Shown piece by piece: positions 26,120-41,531 of a DNA stretch of 64,000 nucleotides. Numbering within the stretch: position 1 is the first letter of the stretch; each line of letters starts with the position of its first letter. A program made the position numbers and the translations under genes. Source of the DNA: Callorhinchus milii (taxonomy: Eukaryota); contig NW_024704742.1 in the NCBI RefSeq assembly GCF_018977255.1, positions 51,152,001 to 51,216,000 on the forward strand. Reading direction: 5' to 3'. The notes beneath the pieces are model-generated. The model saw nothing but the letters and a program-made list of their open reading frames with translations. It did not search any database and was not told the origin of the DNA.

Positions 26120-27331
26120 GAGATCTATCTAGTGAAGGCTCAAAACTGACCTTGTCGATGTCAAATGACCAACTAGTGACTATCCTCTGTATGTGTGTGT
26201 GTGGTGTGGTGGGGGGGGCGTAAGTTGGGTCTCATTGGAACTGAGCTGGCTCCAACTTTAAGTGCTTGGCAATAGAATGTCAGAATTGTTAACCCTCTGT
26301 GTCACTCTCAGTTGTCTGGTTCTTGTGCCAGGTGGGTCCGCATAACTCCAGGGCATAAATAACAGGCCAGCCAGCTGGGCTTAACACCAGGGCTTGGAAG
26401 AGCAGACTGATCAGTGGGGACAGGTACTCTTCCCTCAGGGCTCCTGTTAACCTTGCAAGATAAAGCCTTATTGGTTGGTCCTAGTTGCACAAGTAGTGGA
26501 ACGTTTTCCAGGCAGTGCTCTCAAAGCAAGTTATGCCATTTAACCGGTTAAACTCCAGCAGTATCCCAACATACCTCAGGGATCCCCAAGCTTTGCCTCT
26601 CAACAACCTCTGCCTAATATTCTCTGGAATTAATACTAATACTCCACTGAAGGGACATGGTAAATAAGTAGAAATGCAATTTTAATTAACCAAGCAGCTT
26701 TTATGGAAATTAAATACTTTAGTTGTGATCCCAAAAGCCAAACAAATTAAGCATCCTCATTAACTAAATGAATTTCTGAACCAGTTCTCGTTCTCTAAGC
26801 CTGGCCTAGTCTTCGTTGGGAATGTTTGCAGTCAAGCCTACGTTGTGTTTCTGAACACTTCCCCAGCTAAGAAACATACATCACAATTGCCAAGAAAAAC
26901 ATTCAGTACTGCACAATTGATCTGAGATGGTGAACACCAAAAGCAATTTCCTCCCCTCCCATATTCTCACATATGAACAGCTTCTTAATTTCAGATACCA
27001 ACTGCCATGCCCCACTGTTATTCAAGTAATATAAATGTGTCAAAGGAGTGTTTTAGGATTAAATAAATAATTTTAATGTGTGGGAATTGTCGGCGTAATT
27101 TTCTTAATATTAGAGAATGCCCAATGGTGATAATTCAGTCTATTCCACTCTTATTTGATCTTCTAGACAAGCTGTAGTATATGTTATTTTATAGGTATAT
27201 GTAAAAGCAAAGAAGTCTCCATAAAGAGCAAATAATAAGCCTATGCCACTTATATCCGATATGAACAAACATTTTCATGTTATTGACAAGAAATACATAA
27301 TTAATAAGTAGCAAAGAACAGCACTCCTCAC

Positions 27332-27517
27332 CTTTGAGAGGCCCAGCGCTGTGAACAAGGTTCTAATTTCTCTGAGAACATTAACAGCCAGTCTCCTGGT
27401 AGCAGGTCGACAGCTGCAAAGAACCACTAAAGCAAACCCTTCCACTGCGTGAAAAACAGAGGAGTAAGCGCTCCGTTCCAGTGGAAGTGTGTGGGCACCT
27501 CCATTGGGAACATTTCG
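27332..27517 (-). CDS. FRYL: FRYL coding exon (RNVPNGGAHTLPLERS...TALGLSK)
   Basis: cag/gtgagg, 186 nt, phase 0->0. Confidence 0.93.
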
Positions 27518-27640
27518 CTGTGGAAAACAGAAGAAGATTAATGACTGGAGCTGTGGGACGGGTTCTGAATCACACAAATAGAAATGATGGAAATGGACTG
27601 ATGAACGGTACTGCTGATTCAATGCAAATCTCATCTTTAC

Positions 27641-27878
27641 CTGCAGATCATGACCTTTGATATGAGACTGGACTGCTTGTTTCCAATGATTTATTAACTG
27701 CACTAACATCTTGACAGAGTTGTCTAGGAGTGTTGGATGGACATCATTCACTTCTCGGACAATGAATGACACAAATCCCGACAAAACATCCTCCCTCCAG
27801 TCAGGAAAATCGACCATTAAAGCTTGCAGAGTAGTGAATGCCAGACCACGAAGCTCTTCATCCATGTGAACAGTGAGT
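27641..27878 (-). CDS. FRYL: FRYL coding exon (LTVHMDEELRGLAF...KGHDLQ)
   Basis: tag/gtaaag, 238 nt, phase 2->0. Confidence 0.94.
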
Positions 27879-28316
27879 CTATTCAACAAAGGAAAATGTA
27901 AGTAAGAATGCATAGAATCCTCTGCTCACTTACTAAAGTCTAATTGTTTAAATTTGCTATGGCTTTGCTCTCTTTACGGTTTTAGAGTCTTGGAAAGGTC
28001 AATCAGATACCATCACTCTGAGATGTTATTCTGAATGACCAACCAATTTGTGACATTTAAAGTTAGGAAAGCAAGTTTATTCAATAAAATCTGCTTGGTT
28101 CCTTTCTAAAGCCCATCTTGGGAGTTGGCATTTCTAGTGAAGGAAGAAGTACTTTCTTTTATCATCCTGCCAACCCATAGGTTGTATTTTAAACTTCACC
28201 GACAAACCTGGCCTGAAAATAGACTTCAATGATCTTCAAGTGTTACAATATCTGAAATGTCAAAAATTTTAATGACAGTAAGTCTATTAATATCATGTAA
28301 TATAAATGCATTATTA

Positions 28317-28472
<156 letters not shown>

Positions 28473-29922
28473 TTACTAAAAACATGTTTTTATTCATTCA
28501 ATGGATTTGTTAACATGATACCTAGACTCTAAAACTAAATATCTGTCAAGGTACCTGAAAAATATTGGGTTATTAGTAAATATAATACTTATAGTTTCAT
28601 CTGATTCTGTGGTGTTGGACGCCCTGAAAGGGTTCACTAGTTTGAATATTATGAAATATTAATATTATTATAAAATTATAAAATATATTATAACAAAATT
28701 CATTTCTACGGTACCTAATGAATTTAACAACAAATGTGTAATCTTTCATGAAAATAAATATCTCAAAATTTGCAGAGTATTCCAAAGCAGTAAATATATA
28801 TTGATAAATATTTTGATGTTTAAATAGGTGGATTTTCAAATCAAATTTTCATTCACTTTTGGTAGCCTTGCATAAAAAATAAAAGTGCACATTCATAACA
28901 CATGATAACAGATTGAATTAATACAGTTGTACATTTTCAATCAGATAACAAGTATTTACAGCTTATGAATGCAATTAAGCATAAGCCTATAATAATTAAG
29001 AATTATTAAGGGCATTTCGCTCATTGTGCTGGCCAACAATCTCCAGAGAAAAATGGTCGTTGATTTCACAGCTGTTTGTAGAACGATGCTGAGCACAAAT
29101 TGTTTGCAGTCACTAAACTTTACAATAAATCCTGTGAAGTGCTTTGAGATGTCAACCCAATGTGAAAGGCGAGTCATCAGATACAATGAATATTTATTAC
29201 CATACAAATGCATTAAAATGCACCTGTTAAGGCAATCTTGGAACACGACATGTTTTTCTTTAGGAATCTAGCAATGAAGAAATCTGAATTTTGTTGATTC
29301 AGATCTATGAACCTTTCACCCTCTCCCAGTTCATTTTAACATGAAGTATAAATGAAGCAGACATATAACTCCTCTGTTAAAGCTCAAAGGATGAAAGTTT
29401 CAGTTCCAATAGAACAGTCAGAAGACATGCTACTAAGATCATGCAAGACCTCCCAGCTGAAGAGAGGCACAGTTTGAAGCCTTGAAGAAACAAATGTATT
29501 AAAATGCAAAGCTATTATTAAAAAGATATTTGCTTTTTTAAAAAAAAATGACATTGAAGTCAGCCATATTGGCTTCCCACGCCAGCTTTTTGAAACAGCA
29601 ACTGAGCCTGAGCACACATTTTGGATTTTTTGGGAAAGTAAAGCCCACACTATAAGCAAATCCATGTTACAAAGAAGCACTTCATAGCAAGGTTTACTGT
29701 GTTTCTTAGTTGGTAAGTTACAGAAATAAACATATAAACCTGGCATCTGCCTTTCTTGAAATGTGATGCAAGTTACTCATAATACATATGCTCATAATAC
29801 ATGAACAGGCTAATACTGGTAACGCTGTATTTACAAATAGGTTAATTCTTGTTATAGGTCTCACTTCCCAGGAAGTTTTATTTTTCCTCTGTTATGCGTT
29901 AATTTTATATGCTCTTTGCTTA

Positions 29923-30144
<222 letters not shown>

Positions 30145-31829
30145 CTACAAATTTCTTTTAAAATCAAAACATCAGATTAGACAACATGGACTGCTAGAGA
30201 ACTGATGGACAAGTAATGTGATTCCAGTCATTTAAAGAGGTCAGAGACATGCCTGTATGAATTATAGTCCTGCTAGTTTGACTTATAATGGGAATAATAC
30301 TGAGTCTGTTACACAGGAAGCAATTCAGGAACATCTGCACAGCATGAAGGTAATAAATCCAAGATAAGACATGGGGAATACACCACCACGTAGAGAGATT
30401 TAGGAACAAGTCTGTCCTCACATGGAGCCGTCAAAGTCATGGACAGTTCCCATCGTCACGTTGGACATGATAATTGCCCTCAGCAGGTTAAGGAGGAGAA
30501 AAACGGTACTTTATTTTTCAAAAATGATTAGAATGGTAAAGTTAAGCGATAAAACCTTTTCTATTTGTCATGGTATTGCCAGTTATTTTTATATCTTGTA
30601 AATTAGAAAATATTTAAATAGTTTAAGAAGTAATTGATAAATCAGATCCTATATATTTTCAGTGCTGCGTAATTCTGCTAATGAAGGGGGCCACTTCCAG
30701 CTTTCAAAGGAACTTTAACAAACTTTCAGACTTAATTCAAATCTGAAAAGTGCTCTTGGCTCTGCCTCACAACACATCCATCAACATTATAAACTGCACT
30801 TTCACAGCCGAAAGAGTGCTCAGCACCAACTGCTCACTGCAAGTCCCATGCATCAATGCTGTGAAACATGGTTTGGGATTAGCATCTAGATCTTGTGATT
30901 TTGAAGGACGTGTAAGGAATCAGCAACAACTGGTCGCAGCTAATGCATTAGTCCGTTAAAGACACATTGTCAAAATACTGGGACACAAGAAGTAATTGTA
31001 AATTAAGCGTTTGGCTCTGTCAATCTATTTTCTTTCAAAAAATAAACTCCCACTTTTTTTTAATTGCCAACTTTTGTGGCAATTTTATTCCAAACATTTA
31101 CATTTTTATAATAATGAAGTGGTTGACTGACCTGCTAAGACACAAACCTAATGAGGTAAATTTTAGATTGAAAAGCATTTAACTGTATTGCAGTAAAATT
31201 ATCAATTGGCCAAGAGGATATATAAGTCAGGAAGAAGCATTCATCATTACATATAAGCTGGCTACAGTGCTCTCAGGAAGATAACTAAAGGGGCATTTTG
31301 TAGGCATGGTCAAATCAGTGGGGACATACTTTATTGGAATAGTCAGCTTTCTGTCAGAATGAATGAGAGACTGTTCACAGCTGCAATCTTTCTCACAATA
31401 TTAAACTGCTGAGAAATGGGGAGGTGGAGAGAAAGGAGTTAGGTTTTGTACGTCGTAATTAAAAATGTCCATGACCATTGGAGAGCTGCTGGTCAGAAAT
31501 TGCTCAGTATAAGGGTGAAGAGAATACTTCTGGTTGAATGTGGACAATAAATAAAGGCGTGAATTCTAGAAGCAACACATTCATTTACAATGAGAAGTAA
31601 CACATTCATATTCTTTGCCACAAATGTATATAAAACTTGTGAATGGGATGGAAGGAAGAAATGTTTCCAACATTACTAAATTTCAGTAAATGAGCAGCAG
31701 CTACATCTACGCTCCAGCATTATGAACAATAACATTTTATTCTGCAATCTAAAAATGCTAAATAATAAATTGCATCAAAAGACCTCTCAATCTTTCTCAC
31801 AATGTTAAACCTTTAAGGTAAAATATTCA

Positions 31830-32048
<219 letters not shown>

Positions 32049-33399
32049 TCATTCATATTTCTTGCTCAATAAACCTGGAAACTAGTAGTTTTAGCTTTGT
32101 GCATAAACATTTTTATGCATAAAGATTTTGTACACTGCTTTGCACAATTGGCTGCCGCGTTTCGCCCACAAACTATAGTCAATTCACTTTACAGTATTTT
32201 CTGTGAAATTCTTTTGGGACGTCTCAACATGGATACAATGTGAAAAGGAAACATATCAAATGCCAAGATTATCATTATTATATAATAATAAAGACAGTAA
32301 CAAGACATGTAATGATCAACAACACAAAATCATTGTATTTTTACCTAACTTTAATGCTTGGTGACTAGAATATTTTTGTAGTCCAGAAACATAAAAGCCA
32401 TCAAAATTCTTGTTCAAACAATACTCAGTCACCAAATTAGTGTGAAAACAGTAGAAACTCCAAGCACTAGGTTATAAATATAAAGGATTGTAAAGCTACA
32501 AGTTGTATTCAGTTCACAATACATCAGCACCATTTGGAATTCTTCTGAATTTACATCTGTTCTAAATTTTAAAATAAACAAATTATACAAATTACTGTAA
32601 TTAACATAAACTAGTTGGGCCTAATGACTTGCTTTTGTGGAGTCATTCTATTTCGCTATGCATTTATCTATCCTCAGATCTTCACCTAGAGCTTGAAGTT
32701 CCTCCACAATCAACTCTTTCTCCCCCGCCATCTTCCCCAGCAGCTTAGAAACCATTGTGTTCCCATGAAATATTTGCTCATCTCAGTTTACCCTATTTGT
32801 ATACTCTCCAATACTGTCTTCAAACAGATATTAAATAATTTTCTTTTAAAAATCACCGGAGAACCAGCTGCTTACCTAGATCTTATCTATGCCTCATCAT
32901 CTTACAGGCCTCTAGTACTCCCTCAATCTTTTTTTCCTAATGAAACGTTCACGACTTTGAACCTTTCTTTATAACCGAAAGCTTGAAGTTTCTCTTTCAG
33001 TTTAGCCAAGGATCTCAAACATCACGCTTTCTTTAATCACAAAATTAGGCTTTACTTTGTATTTCTAAAAAAAAATGTTGCTTTTAAATTAGTCTGGATT
33101 TGTCTTAAAAAGAACTGAAAAGGAAATGTCAAACATCAAATAATATTCATCACGTCCAGCAGACCATTGTAAAGGCTACATCAGTGGCCAATTGTCAGAT
33201 TGGGTAATGCTATTGGAAGCAAAGTGATAGATTCTAGCAATAGCGCAATTCAGAGCAGGAAATCTAACTCCTAATTGCATTGGCCATGGCTGAAAACAGA
33301 TTTAATAGCATGTACAACACAGAACTCTGTTTACTGTTATTTTGCAAGGACATTTAAGGGGCTGGCCTGTAATAACATTAAAGATTGTCTACTGAATTA

Positions 33400-33519
<120 letters not shown>

Positions 33520-34625
33520 TTAAAACACAAAAAAAGTTAAGTTAAAATCTCTTTTTAGTGCTGAATTTATTTTAAATATTAACTTAACTCGAACAGTTGC
33601 ATTTAAAAGGTCCCAGGTAGTGTCGACGTATCTCTTCTCGCTTCATGTAATTTTTATGTGATGAAGCTTATTTCAGCAATTTATAATATGAATTTGACAC
33701 CTGGATCACTTGTTCATTAAAATATTTTGATCCTATAATCTTATGGTGCAAACTAAAATTTCAAATATGGGTAGAATCAATATGTTGCTTCTGCCCATCT
33801 TTTGCTATGAAAAATGTAGAAATGCTTGCAGAAAACATTTTCAAATTAATTTAATTAAAGCTTTTGGCAGGTCTGTGATACTTATATAAGGTTGCAATAA
33901 AACCTGCGGCCACAACTTTCTCTGTACCAAGCAGCTGAAGAGAAGCAAGCCCGACCTGGGTTGATTCAATTCGAAATTGCCCTTCCTCACAAGGTTAGAA
34001 GGGAGGAGCGAGAAAAATAACTCCTCAGCTGTTTAACTGAGAATGGGAACTTGGTCTGTAAAGTTTTTTTTTGTAGTGATTGTTTTGTAAATACTTTTCA
34101 AATCTTTATCAAAACCAAAAGAATAATCATTATGGTAAAGTGCGTTAATCTGTGGTTAATCATTACATTTTCCTGTCTGTTTGCTTAGATTTCTGACTGG
34201 CTCGGGAGATGCTGCAAGTGAAGATGAATAACCTCTTATTGTCTGTCACATTTAGGGGCACAGCGAGCAAAAAAAAATCTCAAATAAACTCAAGATAAAT
34301 TAAGCAAAAGCTGCATCTTAAGCTGTGGGAAGCAGGTGGTTCTCCACAGCCCCAAAAAAACAAATTGGGTAAAAAACAGCTATAATCCAGTGCACTATTT
34401 CTCACTTTGATGAATTTAAAAGTCAGCCCTACGTAAGTGTGATTTCATGCAGAGAACAATACTGATACTCAGCACATGTTATGAACGCTTATGGTTAAGT
34501 GTTAAATGGAACTGAAATAAAGAGATTATCACATAATAAAACCACCAAGAAACCAGAAATGTACAGGATGTGAGGAAGTTAATGATTTCCTTTTAAAATA
34601 TGCAAGACCATCTTAATTTTTATCA

Positions 34626-34931
<306 letters not shown>

Positions 34932-35619
34932 TTAAGAATAAAAAAATCAAGTATTTTTTCAAATAAACATGCAGCACATCAGTACACTACTCAAATCTAA
35001 TTCCCACTGAAGATTAATATTTGAAAGCTGTACACAATGAAACTGAATCATTTCAAAGCACAGTACTTGTGGTGTACATTACACTTCGAAAGAATGTTTC
35101 TCTTTACTTCCCTAACTTTACTTCCCTAACTTCCCTGAACTATGTAAAATAAAAGCGTTTCAACATGTTTTAATTGATGTGTGGCAAAGGCCAAACTGAA
35201 GAATACAGAGCAAATCGGGTCTTCATAACTGCTATTTGGAACACAACCAGTAAGTCAATAAGTGTGCACAAAAGGTCAACAGCAATCTGTTAGATCTCAC
35301 TTTGGTTGACAAATACCAATTTGTTTGGTACTATTATATTGAACTGATCCATTAATTTAAAATAGTTAAATGCCATAAAGGTAGTGAAATAGTTCCAGTA
35401 AGTATTTTATGGAAAAAATGTTATATAGAGCTTTTTAACTGCAAGAAAATTGCTGAAGGGTTAAAACCCAAACAATAAGAGTCAATTTTCTATTCACTTC
35501 CAGCCTTTTGCTTACATTACAAATTTTCATCATTTGTGGTATTTCTTATAATAATTACACTTAATTACAGCTAGCTCACTAACATTACCATTTATCTTAT
35601 ACTCACAGGCCTGGACTCA

Positions 35620-35724
<105 letters not shown>

Positions 35725-36139
35725 CTATTGGAACAAATAAAAGGCACCCATTCAGAACCTAGCATGAAATGTTAATTAAAGTACAAGAAATCAACGTACA
35801 GAAATATAAGCACATCATTAGAAGCAGATAAAGGGGTGATAATAGAAAGTATTCTCAAATGTGTATCTATTGAATCCATCAATCTATCCTTCATAAAAGA
35901 AACAGATCACAAGGGAAATTCAGAATGGCCTTTGGGCCTTCGGATTTCATCTTTCCAGAAAAAATAGTTCAAAGTGGTCACAAAGTTTTAAACTGTAGCT
36001 TTTGCAAAAACATTGTGATTTTAAGCAGACACAAGCATATTTCAAAGTTTATGCATTCCCAAATATAGAAAGTGCTGTCCACACAACAAGCCCAAACTGC
36101 ATCACCAGTCCAGAATACATACATCTCCCTGTAGGTTAG

Positions 36140-36353
36140 TGGTTAATTCCTCAAGAAAAGGAAATAAATAATAAAACTGGTCATTTCAATCCACGACCGT
36201 TTAATGGACACTGCTGTGTGCAATTGGCTGCTGCGTTTCGCCCACAAACATGCAATCAATTCACTTTACAGTATATTCTGGGAAGCGCTTTGAGATGTCT
36301 TGAAAGCATGAAAAGTGCTATATCAAAAATGCAAGGATTATTATTTATTATTA
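36140..36353 (+). mobile_element. SINE family A, 3' part
   Basis: Deu-like segment and L2-type tail. Confidence 0.75.
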
Positions 36354-37980
36354 TCTCCTGGAAAGTATTTCTCCCCTGGAGTGCAGCTGTTTGTCAGGGA
36401 ACAGGGTCCTTACCCTGAAGAGAAAACTTAAACTGGATTTGTAAGATAAGAGTAACTGTCAGAGGCATATTGCCGAGTTTCTGCAGTATTGTGCAAGAAT
36501 CCTGGCATAAGTGATCCTCCCTGGTTAACAGGTAATTTAATACAGAGAAACCTGCAAAGGGCTTCAGACAAAGCCCCATCCACTGAAAGAGATTCAGAGC
36601 TCTGTACTTTTACGAATCTAGCCAACTTCACATAGAGTTAGTTGATTGAACATAGTGGGTTTGGTGAGATGCACTTCTCTCCAAAGTCTAAGAAATTGAA
36701 CCTAAAATATGACTTCAGTACTATTTCGAGACATCTGCAGGAAGAATCTGGTCTGGTAACGAAAAATGCATTCATGCTGACAAAGTCACTTTACCTCTAA
36801 TTACAAGCGCCGAATGATGAAGGAAGGTCATTAACGTGGAGAGCAAAGCTGTATGTGGAGATGTGCTGAAAGGCACCAAACAATGACCGCTTGCTGCCAA
36901 CTCAAAATGGGGAAATGTCTAATAGTTTCAAGCTAAGATTTAGAATTTCAAGGGGTCCTTGCTACTGGCTGGTAATGTGTATTTTAGGGGTTATAGACTT
37001 TCAGCCTTGGCACCAATTTCAGAACTACTGAAATGTGTCAATTGTCTGCATTAAGATCAAGGAATGTCATTTTTCAATAAGGACGAGAAAATCTGGCAAA
37101 CAAAATCCTGAATTGTTAGCCTGAAATCTGTCTTGTACCAAAGGAGCCCAGTAATCCATTATCTGTCTGAACATACTCAATTCCACCTTTTACATGCCCT
37201 TTCTCAGATATAGGCAACCTGGATATGTGGTGTTGTTGGACAGGTTTCCTGTGACATCAAAAAAACGGCAGACTTAACGCAGAATGAACATAAACTGTCC
37301 AACATGATATATAAGAACTCTCTTCTGCCAGCTGAGAAAGCTCATGGTTACTTAGAATGAGCAATTCTTTACCCCCAAAATAGTTTGGTTGTAAACATTG
37401 AAATGACAGCAATAGAAAACTAAACAGAGCACATGAAGCACCAACATGTTAATCCGATGGGAACAAGTATTCATCAAGACAATTAGTGGCCAGCAATGGA
37501 CGTCCTGTCTCTTTTCTGTACAAAGGCTTTTGCAAAAAAAAAAACAGCTGCATCCCGAGACATACACTTCTCGATTTTAACTTTTTAACTCATTTAATAT
37601 TAATATAATTAAAACCATGACTGTTATCTGAATCCCAAATTAAATGTATTACTTTGTCATCACTCCTACTTAACTAGTTTGTAAGACATACTATGAAATT
37701 GGTGAGGGTGGTTTTATGCTATTTTCACTAAGTTTTTGTTGATGGTTGGTAAGTTTTTGTTGAAAGCTGGTGCAATGGAAAATGGGATGCTCCCTACAGT
37801 TGATGGACAGTTAATCTCAGTGAAGGATTAACAATGTGTGCAATCAATGTCATTTAATTGAATAATAATCAACAGCTCATCACAGAAAACAGTCTGTGTA
37901 AATTATGTGTTTAATCGATCTGCAGATTTTCAAGAAGGTATATGGAGGACTTGATTGATATGCACTCTACTTGGACTCAC

Positions 37981-38025
37981 CTGCAAAGTTTCTATTTGCT
38001 TTCTGATACTGTTGTTAGATGGCAT
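37981..38025 (-). CDS. FRYL: FRYL 45-nt microexon (MPSNNSIRKQIETLQ)
   Basis: cag/gtgagt, symmetric phase 0->0; peptide matches recalled mammalian FRYL. Confidence 0.9.
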
Positions 38026-38971
38026 CTGAATAAAGCAACGCAAGACAGCAAAACATAAACAAGCATGAAAATGGGATGTCCATGCGGGTTAGATGAGAAA
38101 ACAAATATATGCTCATAGTGATGCTTGGTGCACAAGGTTAGGTACAACATGGAACAAAACTGGCAGCCTACACTGAACGGAACAGAAAGCAACTATTAAA
38201 TTTGAACGTAAAACATAACATTGCAAGCATTAGACGGAACCACAATGTATTTTAAATAATCTGCAAAACAACATTGAACAATGAATCAAGCATTTTGTTC
38301 TCGCTATTTTCTTCTTGATGTTAAGAACAAACAGAAATTAACATACAAGTGAGTTAGTAGCTAGCTCCAACAGCACAAAACAAGATGGGATTTACACGTA
38401 GTGACCTCCAGATATTAGTGACATTAGCATGCAGAATGAAAAAACTAATTTGCTCTTAGATAAATGATCTCTAAAAATCATGAGGAAAACCATCACCAAA
38501 GTCTGTCCACCAGAATATTCCCAGATTTAGTGCACCTTACATTCTTTGGAAAAAAAAGTCTGCAAGTACAATATTTCTTAGAAAATAAAATATGACAGCA
38601 AGTGAAGGAAAAGATACATTGAGCCACGATTAACATTTCCACGAGGTGCATGTCCAGGAGCGGCTTTTAGTTCAGGATCAAGCCAAAATATTTAACAGTG
38701 AAGACATCGTGAAGAAACAAGAGATACAGAGAACCATAATGTTGCTTTGACATTTTCTTTTACCATTTGTACCCAAGTAGAAAGAGAAAGAAATATAAAA
38801 CTTGAAAGAAATCGGGTAAATAAAATATTCTGTAAATAATCGGTTTTAGAAATCTTTTTCAGGATTAGAGTATTCAGAACAGTGATCCACCCACAAGAAC
38901 CAAGATCAAAAATATGTTTTGAACCCCAATTACCATTATTTCTTTTGACTTTGTTAGTTTGATATTTTTTA

Positions 38972-39157
<186 letters not shown>

Positions 39158-40038
39158 CTAGGATCAATTACAAAAAACAATTAATAACCAAAAACAGATA
39201 TTAACCTTGTCCCCTAATTCAGGGATGGATTGAAAATTTAAACAGAAATATCTGAAATCAATCTGTAGGTTTGAGAAGAAATGAGAATATTATCCATGCT
39301 TGGATTATTTATTGAAAACTCAATGTATTTACTCAACCTTGTAAATCAAAATGTTTGTCATACTTAATAGCTCCCAACAGTACTGTACAATTTCGAAACC
39401 AACTAGCTTCCAAGTGAGTTAAAAAATCAATAACTTAAAACCAGGAGACTAAATTCTCCTGGTCATTGAAGAAAAATAAATCAAAAGCACCTGACAGCTT
39501 GTTAAGACCACACGTACCCAGCCAATATGAGAATTCCAATGGAGTGACGCAAAGCCATTTTAGCTTTGAATAGGTACAGACTCTAAGCCTCCTGAATCCA
39601 TTGTGTGATAAACAGGGAGGATCTTGGCCTCAGACCAAATCATTTAAAAAAATTTATATCCGAAAGGCAGAAGACAAAAACACATGTTCAATGAAAAAGT
39701 GCATTTGCAATTGTCGAATATGAATATAATGTAGAATAGTGAATTTAACCCTCATGTACTTGGGGATGTACTTTATAAGTCAAGGCATGAACTTTTTGCA
39801 ATTTCAAAATATCTGTGCATTCATAGGTGGGAAAATATATATATATTCTAGTCTGATATACTTAACAAAACTACAATCCTGATGATTTATTGTGTTCAGT
39901 ATATGTCTTTCCATTAATAATAATGAAAAGGTTTGATCCAGGCAGTTTGTTTCTATAATTGTAGTACACTTGAATATTAACAAGTCAAAGAGACCACAAG
40001 GCATCAGCAAAATAAAATCCAGTAGCACAAAAAAATTA

Positions 40039-40362
<324 letters not shown>

Positions 40363-41384
40363 CTAAAATGCAAAAGGTTTAATTTCTTGAAAACCATTTT
40401 ACTTGCGCATAATAGTGTTTATCAAGGCTTCAGCCTTTTCACAGCTTGTATTGGAACATTCATGACAGATCTCTAGAGAATGCAACATTGGAACAGTGAT
40501 GCCAGAGTCTCACTGGGGCTCACTAGCTGATACAGTCATGGCAACATTCAAGACTGTGGGCTTGGGTGACATCAAGGTACATCAATGCAGTCTGTCATCA
40601 ACAACATTGGCATAGACTCAACTCAGTTGGTAGGTAACTTGCAAAGTGGTGACCAGAGTAATTATTGAGCTCTTATTGACTTAGTAGCACTCTGTCCTAC
40701 ACATTTTTAGGCCCCATTATGTATTTACCCATTGAACGAGGCAACCCCCTTGACAAACTGAATAAAATTTGTGCTTGGAAAAAGCTTGAATAAAGGTTCC
40801 TAATTTGTATGTAGTTTTTAGTCAAATATTGGCAAAAAGTTACTACTTGGAACAAGTTAGAATTTTCTAGATTAATTTTTCAGATCATATTTCAAATATT
40901 TTATTAATAATTCAGATTTTTTTCTGCTACTTGGTAAACAGAATAGAATAGGCTTCGGAGGCGACTGAAACACATCTCTAAATAGGCCTGAAATATTAAG
41001 AGGAAAACAAGATTCCAACTGGGCTGCTCAGCATGATTCTGAATTAATGAAGAGAACATCCCTTATAATCTATTCTACTGGATTGTGAATGTCAGTTTAA
41101 GTGGATTGATTTTTTTTTGGATAAAGACTTTTTCATTAACCCTCCAGGGTACTCCTAAACCCCTTACAACATCCTTTATAATCAATGCAGATATCCAACA
41201 TAGCTATGGGTTTCTCATCCTTCTTAGGAGCATGCAACTCTACCATATCACCCTCTCTCAAATGAGCTTTACCAACTTTTGTTTAAACCAGCACCTCTCT
41301 TCTATCCTAATTTCAGTATTCCCAAGATACTTACAGGTATAAATAGTTCTAAAATGCACATGCCAATAGTTTTGGTTTTGTTTA

Positions 41385-41531
<147 letters not shown>

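Noticed and set aside
27275..27913. 212-aa ORF as a standalone gene
   Set aside because: Two FRYL exons plus a read-through intron and flanks.
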